Shown piece by piece: positions 17,521 to 27,348 of a stretch of 64,000 nt of DNA. The stretch is taken from IMG/VR virus record IMGVR_UViG_3300020171_000025, positions 245 through 64,244 of that record. One strand, given 5' to 3'. The translations under genes and the position numbers were made by a program. The notes under the pieces are model-generated. The model was not told the origin of the DNA, made no database searches, and saw only the letters and a program-made list of their open reading frames with translations. This DNA is from a virus. Taxonomy: Duplodnaviria > Caudoviricetes. Positions within the stretch are counted from its first letter, which is position 1. Every line of letters starts with the position of its first letter.

Positions 17521-19614
17521 CTACTGTGCCATCGGTTTGAATAGTTCCTGTCCCGCTCCCTGTGCTGGATTACCTGCCTGATCCAAAGTCTGAGGCCCCG
17601 CTGTAGGAGCCATGCCCTGTCCCGGCATCGGGATAGGTTGCATCATACTTTTATCGGGTACAACTTTATCGGCCTCAAGGTCCATACTCTTAGCCGTTTC
17701 TTTTAGAACATATGTTCTTCCGTCTATCCCCATAATCTGTAAGTCAATGGGGTTCGCCGTCGCCCTACCAAAGTCAGTCAATCTGAGGGCCTTCTGCTGT
17801 TTTTCCAGTAATGCGGAAGATCCTTTTGCCCTGATCTTGACATCCCCTATGTACTCAACAGCATCGTCCAACTCAAAGTTGTCGTAGTAAAGGGCCTCTA
17901 TAGATGGGGCTATTACGTTGTCGTCAAGTGATTTTGCTACACCCTTTATCCCTCTATCGGAAGCACCCATTAGCATTGACAAACCGGAGGCGGTATTGCC
18001 GGCTCCCCCAACTTGCGAGTCGCCGTGGGCATATGCGGGAACGCCTGAATGTTCATCTGCAACTTTTGACCAGTGGTTATAGACCTGGATCAACTCGGAG
18101 GCGTGTAGAGAAGGTTGAAAAAACTCAATAGGTTTAGCACCACCCATGAGATATTGCTTCGTGAACTTCCATATCCTCCACGGCCACATTTTATCGACGT
18201 TTTCTCCAGGAGCTATCTTGTCCGTGTCTATTGCTACTTGTGGCCCAGAAGCCATCCCCACATTATTATCCATTGCCCTTGACGTAGCATTAGCTGATCC
18301 TTGAGGGCATTTAATGGTTTCCGGCAAACCCAATCCCCAGAACGTTCCCGGTTTCTCTACAAAGGACGCCTTGTAGTACGGTTTCAATCCAAGAGGATTT
18401 TCGTTCAGGGAGATTTTAAGAATCCATTGGTCTATCAGGTAGAGAACGACATCGTAATCAAAGTCTGGATCAAGAACTTGACCGAATGTTTCCTGTCCTT
18501 TATCTTCTGGATTTTCGGCCCATTCAAGAAGCATCTTTCCGGGTATTGGTCCACTGTATTTAACCCCGTCTATCTTGTCCCAATCGTAGTATTGAGATGT
18601 TTCCTTGTCCTTGGCCTCTTCTATTTCCTGTTGGTCCCATGTCCATTCATGCAGACCCTTCTCTTGGAATTTCGCCAGCACTTCACGGATAGCATCTTCG
18701 TCGAATTCTTCAAGCCCAATCAAACCTTGAATCTCTTTTCGTGTCCAGGGAATACGCTCGTAAATAGCGGAATCATTTATTCCTGTCGCTCCAGGTGCGG
18801 GATATATATCGAATGGGCATGGGGCATCCCATTCAGCGATTACCCTGTCCTCAAATCCCGGTGTAGCCCTCTTCGTGATGGGGTCAACATTCAGAACCCT
18901 TACCTTCTTGTTACGGTATATCGGACCTGATAAGAATCCGGCTTTGAGATGAATGATGTTCCAAATACAGTCTGAGAGGGCCTTGTAGTATCCACCCTCG
19001 ACAAGTTGATCTTCCATCTTCAACTTCATGGACTGTGCCTTCTCTTTGGCAATATCCATACGGATCTTCTTGAATCGGGTCTTAAACTCCGAAGCCTTCT
19101 GCTGGACCATCTGTTGAATAGCCATCGGGTTCATACCGACCTGTTGCATAGCCATACCTGCCTGTTCCAAGAAACTCTGCATCTCTTCGGCAAGAACCTG
19201 ATTTGCCATCCTCTCCTGTTCAGGTGTTAGTTCCGGCACAGGTGTCGGCTCGATATCCCACGGGGTCTGACCAGGCTGGAACAATCCTCCTGTGATCCAC
19301 GCATAGGTAGCACGGCATTTCGTCCCGGTAATCCCGGTGAAGTTCTCCGAACCTAATTCCCGAATATCTGCAAGTTTGGCGGGGTCGTACTCCCCATTGA
19401 TCTGTCGAAGATTCTCGATCATCAAATCCTTAATAGGCAACTTGTCCTTACGAGCATCCGCAAAACCATCCTTGACGTAGGCCACAAGTTCGGTCTTTAA
19501 CGCTTCAGGGGCATCAGATATCTTTGCGACTTCACGTGAGAGTGTTGCTTTCTTTGTCTCTTCGGCAATCAATTCGTTATTATTCTGAACCGGAATTAAA
19601 CCTATGGAAGCCAT
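17521..19614 (-). CDS. Portal protein
   Basis: 697 aa downstream of terL; LRQ.NGEYDP, PWDIEPTPVPEL, PFDIYPAPGA, FWG.GLPE, MASGPQV, ADE.SGVPAY, GAG.TASGLSMLM. Confidence 0.9.
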   Translation of the reverse strand: MASIGLIPVQNNNELIAEETKKATLSREVAKISDAPEALKTELVAYVKDGFADARKDKLPIKDLMIENLRQINGEYDPAKLADIRELGSENFTGITGTKCRATYAWITGGLFQPGQTPWDIEPTPVPELTPEQERMANQVLAEEMQSFLEQAGMAMQQVGMNPMAIQQMVQQKASEFKTRFKKIRMDIAKEKAQSMKLKMEDQLVEGGYYKALSDCIWNIIHLKAGFLSGPIYRNKKVRVLNVDPITKRATPGFEDRVIAEWDAPCPFDIYPAPGATGINDSAIYERIPWTRKEIQGLIGLEEFDEDAIREVLAKFQEKGLHEWTWDQQEIEEAKDKETSQYYDWDKIDGVKYSGPIPGKMLLEWAENPEDKGQETFGQVLDPDFDYDVVLYLIDQWILKISLNENPLGLKPYYKASFVEKPGTFWGLGLPETIKCPQGSANATSRAMDNNVGMASGPQVAIDTDKIAPGENVDKMWPWRIWKFTKQYLMGGAKPIEFFQPSLHASELIQVYNHWSKVADEHSGVPAYAHGDSQVGGAGNTASGLSMLMGASDRGIKGVAKSLDDNVIAPSIEALYYDNFELDDAVEYIGDVKIRAKGSSALLEKQQKALRLTDFGRATANPIDLQIMGIDGRTYVLKETAKSMDLEADKVVPDKSMMQPIPMPGQGMAPTAGPQTLDQAGNPAQGAGQELFKPMAQ

Positions 19615-19772
19615 TTATGCTCCTTACGTCCACGCCCCGTTTCACCGCTTGTTATCCTGTACAGTATCCCCAGACCAGAAGACCCACACACAAAACCATA
19701 CCAGCACACATTGCCATAAATGCAAGTTCTGCATCCAAGTCAGGAATCCTTATCATGTCCATGCCCCGTTAT

Positions 19773-20267
19773 TTACGCATAGTTAAAACACAACTGACCG
19801 AACCAGTCCGGTCTGACAAGTTTGTATAGACCCTCTTGAACTTGGAAAACTACCGCCTTCGTAGTTCCAAAGAAGGCATAATTGGCTAATTCTGTGCGGG
19901 GAAGAAAATTGCTAATATAAATATCGAAATACAAACCAATGACCCTACCTAATTTATTGGAGTACGATATTCCCCACGCGTCTCTCTGTATTAAGTGTGA
20001 TGGTAATAGGGCCGCAAACGGAAGAGGAATAATACAGAATGGTTCACCGTAATCTCCCATCGGCAATGCTTCATCCAAAACCCCTTCCATATGTACAAGA
20101 ATGTCCAATGCATTCTCTTTCATAATCAGAAACGGGGCTTTTGTGATTCCAAGATTATACGCACTTGACTTTTTTCCCGCTGTATATCCCCGGTTGTACT
20201 CAGCACACTTATCCACAAGACTTAAAAGTATCTGTGAATCGGATAGTACTTTATCTATCATGTCCAT
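19773..20267 (-). CDS. Truncated, diverged paralog of the major capsid protein (C-terminal region)
   Basis: Collinear motifs shared with capsid exon 2: NRGYTAG..SAYNLG / NKGTTAG..AAYNLG; GVLDE; IP..A.LL; LGRV; F.IY.SN.L; FG...A..F. Confidence 0.75.
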   Translation of the reverse strand: MDMIDKVLSDSQILLSLVDKCAEYNRGYTAGKKSSAYNLGITKAPFLIMKENALDILVHMEGVLDEALPMGDYGEPFCIIPLPFAALLPSHLIQRDAWGISYSNKLGRVIGLYFDIYISNFLPRTELANYAFFGTTKAVVFQVQEGLYKLVRPDWFGQLCFNYA

Positions 20268-21769
20268 GCCCCCACCGATAACGGTTTCTGAACCGATGTT
20301 ACTGTTCGTTGCCTGCGGTAATACTGAATCCCACGCTCAAGGAATAAAGCCCCGTATTGAAGTGCATCGTGTACATGGGAAAACTCATTCTTGTCCGGTT
20401 TATCCCCATACCGCTGATGTCTTGCATCGTAAATGCGTTTGTACTTGTACTCCCCCTCGAATCCCCGGATCAGTTTTTCACAGGATGGATCAACCTGAAG
20501 TGCCCCTTTGTTCCCCGGCAATCTTTTGATAAGAAGCGAATTGACCGCATCGAATCTCGCTATCGGGTCGTTGGTTACACAGGGTTCGGCGGGTAGTCCC
20601 GCATCTATCAACTCCTGAAAGCAATCAGACCCACTGGCCCTATCCATAGCCTTCCCGGTCAAATCTCCTGTACCAAGGATTTCCATGCCGAGATAGTTAC
20701 CGACGATATACGGTTTGACCCTCTCGTTGACGAATTGGCGTAGCCCTGTGTATTCTCCGATAAATTCCTTCTTGATATTGACCACACCGGAAGGTAATTG
20801 TTGGGCAATCAAACAGGCCGAAAAATCAGACCCAAAATCCCATCCAAGGACAATCGGGTATGCCCTGACTATTTCTATCGGTTGTTTTGAAACGTGAACT
20901 TCTGAATCCCAATTCCCGTAAACGGGTTTCCCCTCTCTCACATATCCGTACTCAGCCCTGACATTGACCTTTATAAAGTCTTCTGTGTTTTTCAGGCATA
21001 GGTCTTCATAGTAGTTTCTCTCAAGGTTGGGAAGGTTTTCTGCATGGACACCTTTTATCGGAATGGCCTTAATGCCATCGGGATGTTTGTTTAGCCCAGA
21101 AGGTTGCCTGAAGTGTTCCAGAAAGAGTTCCCCGGCCTTCTCATGTCCATCTGGATAGAGATGACTGTCTTTTTCAAGAAGTCGATAAAGCCAGTGGTCG
21201 GTATCAGGGGGGTTACTGTCTGCGATAATCCCTCTCCACGTTGCCCCTCCATCCTCCATCTTCGGGTATCGTCCCGTCCGTCCGAACGAGTCGTTGAAGA
21301 TGATTTCAGAAATCTGTTTTAGTTCGTTGAACCAAACTCCTGTGAGTTCGAGGGAGAGTAATTTCTTCCGGTCCTGCGGATCGTCGAGGGCAAGGAACAT
21401 GAACTCGGCCAGTAGTTGAGAACCATCAGGTAGTGGCCGGTTAATGACAAAAGTTTTTTCTGCTACCTTGTGGTCTCCGTGGATACCTGGTTCAAACCAT
21501 TCAAAGAAACTCTTTTGGGTCGTACTTGAGAGTTCTTTATAGGTATTCCTTACCAATGCCCATCTGGTTTTTCTCACACCTTTGGCATCCGGCTTTTGCT
21601 CAGAGGACCGCTTGAATAACTCCATGATGCAACCGACGGATTTGCCTGAACCCCACGGGCCGATGATTATCCGATACGGGGCATTGCTCTCCATGAGTGC
21701 CTGAATAGTCGGCACATATTTTGCCGAATACTTCTTTCCCGGATATTCGATTACGAGGGCTTTAGGCAC
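20258..21769 (-). CDS. terL: Terminase large subunit
   Basis: Walker A GPWGSGKS, RWALVRNTY.EL, LLSLELTG.WFNE, DSNPPD, nuclease motifs LGWDFG and SHVHDALQY. Confidence 0.95.
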   Translation of the reverse strand: MPKALVIEYPGKKYSAKYVPTIQALMESNAPYRIIIGPWGSGKSVGCIMELFKRSSEQKPDAKGVRKTRWALVRNTYKELSSTTQKSFFEWFEPGIHGDHKVAEKTFVINRPLPDGSQLLAEFMFLALDDPQDRKKLLSLELTGVWFNELKQISEIIFNDSFGRTGRYPKMEDGGATWRGIIADSNPPDTDHWLYRLLEKDSHLYPDGHEKAGELFLEHFRQPSGLNKHPDGIKAIPIKGVHAENLPNLERNYYEDLCLKNTEDFIKVNVRAEYGYVREGKPVYGNWDSEVHVSKQPIEIVRAYPIVLGWDFGSDFSACLIAQQLPSGVVNIKKEFIGEYTGLRQFVNERVKPYIVGNYLGMEILGTGDLTGKAMDRASGSDCFQELIDAGLPAEPCVTNDPIARFDAVNSLLIKRLPGNKGALQVDPSCEKLIRGFEGEYKYKRIYDARHQRYGDKPDKNEFSHVHDALQYGALFLERGIQYYRRQRTVTSVQKPLSVGAWT

Positions 21770-21921
21770 TATTTGTTCCTCTTCGGTTTAAACCCATGAT
21801 CGACCGCTCGTAACAATCTGACCTGTGATTTGGCATTTTCCATTGACGTATGATGTGCCCTAACCCCATGTGGAGACGTAACCTGAAATCCACCTTTTAC
21901 CTTTTTGATCTTGTACGGCAT
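21769..21921 (-). CDS. Small basic protein upstream of terL
   Basis: Manual translation MPYKIKKVKGGFQVTSPHGVRAHHTSMENAKSQVRLLRAVDHGFKPKRRNK; GGGGAG RBS. Confidence 0.55.
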   Translation of the reverse strand: MPYKIKKVKGGFQVTSPHGVRAHHTSMENAKSQVRLLRAVDHGFKPKRNK

Positions 21922-21929
21922 TTGCTCCC

Positions 21930-22010
21930 CAAAATAGAAAAACCGACCCTGCCTGATATCAGGAATCGGCTTTCCCCTGTATTTGGGATTCGGGTAGCTC
22001 TCCCGAACTT
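21930..22010 (-). terminator. Hairpin plus terminator-like structure upstream of terL
   Basis: Minus strand TTCGGGAG..CCCGAA hairpin, then GCCGATTCCTG-ATAT-CAGGCAGGGTCGGT-TTTT. Confidence 0.5.
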
Positions 22011-22200
22011 TTAGTCCCTATTTATATTTAGATACGGTTACTCTTTTCCCTTACCTCCTCCTCCATCTCATCAAGCCAAATCAACTCTCTGTTCAAAATG
22101 TCGTTAGGGTCATCTTCCCGTTTATCAGCTTTTTTAAAAGGATTTGGAGGCGTCACCCAGAAATCCTTCCCGTTACGCATCATGTATTGAAAGCAGTCCA

Positions 22201-23797
22201 TTAACGTTCTTTTCGGTGTCCAACCGTCATGACCTTTTCACCATCCCAAAATTTCCTACTAACATACTCTGACTTATTCTCCTCCCTATCAAGTACCTTC
22301 CCGACAGCCTGAATGTAATCAAGAATATTCCCTTTATTGGGTGGTTCGGTTATGTCGATTAATTCCATGTCCGTTCTCACTTCCATCACGATACTAACCT
22401 TTCTCGCTGTATATTCCTTTTAATGGTCGCCAAATCCGCATGGATGGATTTCATCTCGTAAATAAACTTGTTGATTTTGGTCAAGTCCTCATCCTTTGTG
22501 GTATCGTCGGTTATGACCATGAATCTCGGCCATCCCCTGTCTCCCTCAAAAAGAGAATTCAACCTTTTGCAGAAATCGACAAAATCCGTTTCCGATTCAA
22601 ACGCCAACATCTCAATCTTCGCCTTATGGAAATTAATTATGTTCATGTCGCCCCCTTCTCCCCAATCTTCTGAAATTGTGAATCATCCGGCCCCGAATTA
22701 CCGTTATAATCCCTCCACCTATTCCCCACCTTATTCAACTCCTTCAACCAAGTCTCCCTAATCAGACTGGCAGGATATTTCAGGTCGGGTTGGGGTTTTG
22801 GTTTTTCTTCGCTCATTTTCGAATAACTCCATATACACATACATCAGAAAAGCATTGTTAGCTGTGGCGTCTACGGGGATAAACGTTTTATGACAATATG
22901 GACATTCCCTGCTATCCCTTGAGGATCGAATCAATATTTCCTTCAACCTTTTCATAATTGATTTAGACAATAGAAAAGCCATTATTGTTCGCCCCCTCAG
23001 TCAAGTTTTATCCTATCCTTTTTGGCAACCAACGGACCGTTTTCAAATGCGATCATTTGCCCACAATCTTCACATTCAAAAATGGTCTTCTCCCATTTCT
23101 CGTCATATTCAGTCTTACCGTATTTGTGCGGACACGGCCTCTCTTCCGGTAGGTCATGGTGACAATGAAGAAGCCGCATAATAGTATCTATGTTTGGATT
23201 GCCACTTACAAAAAGGTCTTTCCTACATTTCCAACATAATTTCTGTTTCATAAATGCCCCCACTTATGCTATTACGTGTGGATAACAAAGTATTGCCAAA
23301 CGGTTGCATTCAATCCAAAAGTTTTTGAGATTTTCCATCTGGTCATTACTGCATGGAATACTAAATTCATAATATAATCTATCTATCTCATTCTCAGTCT
23401 TTGGTTTTTCTGGTAATGTCTTGTTGATAGCCATAAGTTTTTCAGTTATTGCTTTGGTTTTCTCTATGGCCTCTATCGCCAGTTGATATGTTATTTTAGA
23501 TCGTTTTTCACATTCATCGTATTTTTCCATTAACTTTCTAACTTCATCTTTAAAATCCATAACTGCCTCCCCCTTTATTACTCATACTTAATCAGAAACG
23601 GTTATGACTGAACGTTGTGTGCAAGAAATGAATGAGCATTTGAAAGCAAATAAAAACTTTTTATCATCGGTATGCGCATACTTGCCCTTTGAAGCCTTTT
23701 CAAGATGATAGGCCAAGTTATGTGCCTGTTCCGTAGTTAAGGTAATCCCGAATGCGTCATTTTTGTCCTCAGTGGTCATATCAACAGAGATCTCCAT
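22201..23797 (-). other. Cluster of small hypothetical ORFs between terS and terL
   Basis: ORFs 22201-22389, 22386-22646, 22758-22982, 22997-23263, 23264-23560 and 23588-23797 are tightly packed with G-rich RBSs; several contain CxxC. Confidence 0.6.
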
Positions 23798-23805
23798 TAT
23801 GCCCC

Positions 23806-24414
23806 CTATTCATACTTAATCAGAAACGTACTGTTATTGGCCTTGATTCCCACGGGAGTCTGCCCCTTCTGCCCCATGCCGGATAACCGTAATTTGACAA
23901 GGATATTTCCACACTTCTCAAGAATGGACATGGCCCCGTCTATTTTCTTATGGTTCTCTCCAAAGTAATTGGGATAATCTTTCGACTTTTTCTTCACATC
24001 GTCCAAAAACGCACAGACTCCATCTATCGTATTCACCAAGGATTTCTTGATAGGGACGTAATGTTCCCCCAAAACTGAGGTGTAAAGATTCTCGTCGTAC
24101 CCCTCGGCGGCCTTCTTCCACTTGTACTTTCTCGACCATCTCTCAGCCGTCCTAAGAGCGATACCGAAAAACTCAGCGGTCTTGTCCAGACTCCTTAACG
24201 GCCCCTCGTTGACGTAATAATCCTTTGCCCTCTGTTGGAGTTCAGATTCGGTGTCCTTCTCTTCGGGTAATGTCCCAGCCGTAACAAGGTCAACAGGTAC
24301 GGGAAGTGAATCGGTAGGGGATGTGGGGATAGGTAGGGTTTCGGTCATCCGAATAGTCTCTTTGTATCCCTCAGGAAACTTCTCCTGTACTTGGAATGAT
24401 TGGGATGTTTCCAA
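23806..24414 (-). CDS. terS: Putative terminase small subunit
   Basis: HTH-like YYVNEGPLRSLDKTAEFFGIALRTAERWSRKYKW plus a helical oligomerisation region; upstream of terL. Confidence 0.6.
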   Translation of the reverse strand: METSQSFQVQEKFPEGYKETIRMTETLPIPTSPTDSLPVPVDLVTAGTLPEEKDTESELQQRAKDYYVNEGPLRSLDKTAEFFGIALRTAERWSRKYKWKKAAEGYDENLYTSVLGEHYVPIKKSLVNTIDGVCAFLDDVKKKSKDYPNYFGENHKKIDGAMSILEKCGNILVKLRLSGMGQKGQTPVGIKANNSTFLIKYE

Positions 24415-24580
24415 ACTACCTTACCACCCAATGATTCAATAGCTTTGGCAAGTTTACATTTAGGTTCATGTCCAACGGTTTCAGTCCACCATCTCATACG
24501 GGGTTTTGACCCACAGCAGTCATGGCATTGTCCATTCCCCATGGTCCATTCATTTTTGCGTAAGTATTTTATGGCTTCGG

Positions 24581-24781
24581 TCAAAATTCATCTTCCGGTT
24601 GATGTCTTGCAAATCTCCACACTACGTTGTCCTGAAACCATCCATAAATCTTATACCAAATGCGTTTGTGCCAAGGAGAACGTGGCAGAGGTTTGTAAAA
24701 TTGATTCATAAAAATTGAGTCTTCTAAAGACTTTAAAAAAACTGGTGCCCAAATTTCTGGTATAAAATTAGTTTCGGTCAT
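24581..24781 (-). CDS. Small protein whose N-terminus resembles the capsid N-terminus
   Basis: TNFIPEIWAPVFLKSLEDSIF versus capsid SNYIPALWSPKLIEKLFDALF. Confidence 0.55.
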   Translation of the reverse strand: MTETNFIPEIWAPVFLKSLEDSIFMNQFYKPLPRSPWHKRIWYKIYGWFQDNVVWRFARHQPEDEF

Positions 24782-25327
24782 AACCTACTCAATTTTTCTC
24801 CCGCAGGTCTTGCAAACCATATAGAACTGTCCCTTTGGCATACCCTGGAATGCAGAGTTCTTGCATACACATTCCTTCTCCACCCACGCATGACAGTCGA
24901 AGAGAAAAGTGATTTCGGCCCTAAAATCACTCGTAGTCTTAACCATCCGATAATGTCCTTGTCCACAAATCGCTGCCTCTTTGTCAAATTTACACGTCCT
25001 ACAATCTTTCATGTTCGCCCCCCCATATCTTTTCCGTAACCTTATCGTACCAGTAGCACATACGCAAAGTGCCATGGTCTACGATGAGGTTTCCGACCCT
25101 GTTTACCCAGATAGGATAATTTGGGAAATAACAGCAAAAATCTCCCCCGATGGTCATTTCTTCACCCACTCGTAAATCTTATCGGCCTCCTCGATGAGTT
25201 TGCCAATCTCTGTTTTTTGATACTCCCTTCCCGCCAATGCCAATTTCAAACACTCAACTTTTATCCCTTCTTTCAAGTTCTCTTCCATAATCATAATGCC
25301 CCCTTTCTGTCTACCGACAGGAAAAAT

Positions 25328-25633
25328 TTAGTAGGTCGTATTCATCTTCGGTGAACCCGTTGTATAGTGGCAGTTGCTACCTGATGTCGTCCAGGTGATC
25401 ATAGGATTCCAAGGATAAGGAGCAGTAGTCTGGGGATGCCCCGGATACGGAACATAAATCCACACCGGATACGGAGCAGTAATCCAGTGACGAGTAGGAT
25501 ACGTCGGATGCACCGGATACGGAACATAAACCTTCTCCGGTTCCACCTTCGCAATCATCTCCTGCAACTCCTTAACCTTTTCCAGTAAGGCAACCTTTTC
25601 CTTCAATAGCCTGATCTCGTCTTCTATGGTCAT
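25328..25633 (-). CDS. Coiled-coil plus Pro/Tyr-rich hypothetical protein
   Basis: IEDEIRLLKEKVALLEK followed by YVPYP repeats. Confidence 0.6.
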   Translation of the reverse strand: MTIEDEIRLLKEKVALLEKVKELQEMIAKVEPEKVYVPYPVHPTYPTRHWITAPYPVWIYVPYPGHPQTTAPYPWNPMITWTTSGSNCHYTTGSPKMNTTY

Positions 25634-26107
25634 GTTATCGCCCTCTTCGCCAACCTCATAATCCCCTGATGAATCCGCTTGCAATCTTTTGTCGGATTAA
25701 GGTCGTCATCGTTCAAGCCCACCTGCTTCGACAGATACTTCCAAAGTGAAACCTCAAACTTCTCAAAATCAATGTTGTTATGCCCCTCTTCCATTATCAT
25801 GGTCCGCCCCTCCCTTGGTTAGTTACCGACACCCCTGAATTTTCAGGACTTTCTTTTCTTTTTCACTTCAGCACGTTTCCCATTTGTGATGGCATCGTAA
25901 CAGAAACACGAAAACAAATACTAAATATCATGACAGCCCCCTAAACACTTCATGGAACCTCCCCTTGGTTACCGACATAAAAATAATCTGAGTTTGTATA
26001 TGCGAGACAGGGATGATGATTGAGACCTGTTTTACATTCCTCTGAGGGGTATGTCTCGACTGTGGGGGGTAGGTATGCCTGCCTATACTCGATCATCATA
26101 CCCATTA

Positions 26108-26136
26108 ATTATAACACCTTTTAATCCAAATTGCAA
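26108..26136 (-). promoter_or_regulatory. Sigma70-type promoter directed at the leftward operon
   Basis: TTGCAA-17 nt-TATAAT with an extended TG motif. Confidence 0.6.
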
Positions 26137-26230
26137 GCCCATCTGTTACCTTTTTGCGTAGTTTATTGTCATATTGTCCATGATTGTTGGCATGATTATT
26201 GACCTAAGTATATGAAATAATAGCAGATCA

Positions 26231-26258
26231 ACGTCTGATAAGGGACATTATGTTAACT
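26231..26258. other. dif-like XerCD recombination site
   Basis: ACGTCTGATAA-GGGACA-TTATGTTAACT in 11-6-11 layout; right arm differs from the E. coli XerD arm TTATGTTAAAT at one base. Confidence 0.7.
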
Positions 26259-26747
26259 ATCATCCGAGATCGTACATCCACCTGGAGGATCTGCCTATAA
26301 CGAGGGTAATGATGGGAGATTACCTAAACGGCATTGATTGTGCATTATAATCCCCTGTTCTTGCCATACTGTAGGGTTTTTCCTACATGATATAAATATC
26401 ACTGTATGGTTTTTGCTCACCGATTATGCGTGTTGGTAATGAGGTATTGTCTGTTTTTCGGATAGTCTCGTATAGTTTTGTACAAAGTGTTGCATTTCTC
26501 TACACAATCCCTACTATTTTGATATGAATTGTATAGTATCTCTTTTAATGCCTATCCTATTAACCCTTGGTTGACGAACAGCATATTTCTTGATTCTGAG
26601 CACCTATTCTTTCTTTTTTTTAGCAAGTCTTACAGTAGAGAGTATATACTCAGTAGTTATTTAATACTTAATACTAAATACTAAAGATTGTTTTAAAGAT
26701 AATATTAAAAACCCTGCGTGCATATACGCGCGTGAGCGAGATGGATC

Positions 26748-27083
26748 TCAAGTCTGTTTGCCCATGACTGAAATTGAATCAACATCCTCAATCACAATAT
26801 CAAACTTGGGGTTCTGCCCTCCGATTGCGGTAAATATCGAAACACAAATCTTGGCGGCTGGGGGGAGACCGGCAAGCTGGGGATTTACGTTTTTACGCTT
26901 AACCCAAACAAGCCTTGGCTTCTGCCCAACCTTGCGAAATATCATGGGCATATACCGTATAGTGGCTTGCCAGCCTGCCTTTCGATAGGCTTTGATGATT
27001 GCCCTCTCTAACGGTTGCCTTTCTGCCCATCTTTCCCAATCTTCTTTTTGCTTTTCCATTATCTTTACTATACCACAATTCAA
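26748..27083 (-). CDS. Hypothetical protein
   Basis: Only plausible ORF in the divergence region; true start probably at MEKQKE. Confidence 0.45.
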   Translation of the reverse strand: MNCGIVKIMEKQKEDWERWAERQPLERAIIKAYRKAGWQATIRYMPMIFRKVGQKPRLVWVKRKNVNPQLAGLPPAAKICVSIFTAIGGQNPKFDIVIEDVDSISVMGKQT

Positions 27084-27218
27084 ACTCCCTCAATAGCCCC
27101 TGCTATGCACTTTTTTCAATTTTAGACAATGTGTCAAATATACACTAAATATAACAATATTAATACCTTAGATCATTACTCCACATTTTAGTAGTGACGC
27201 ACAATGTCACTTTGGAAC

Positions 27219-27309
27219 TTGGCATGACCTATGCATACAATTATAAACGTTTGATTTGATTGACTATTAATTTATATTAATATTTTAATTGTTTGGCACC
27301 TGAAATGCA
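27219..27309 (+). promoter_or_regulatory. Two sigma54-type (-24/-12) motifs upstream of the early-gene cluster
   Basis: TTGGCATGACCTATGCA (27219-27235) and TTGGCACCTGAAATGCA (27293-27309), both with GG-N10-GC spacing. Confidence 0.55.
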
Positions 27310-27348
27310 TTATAAGATGGTAAATAAAACATGAAAGGAGAATACAAA

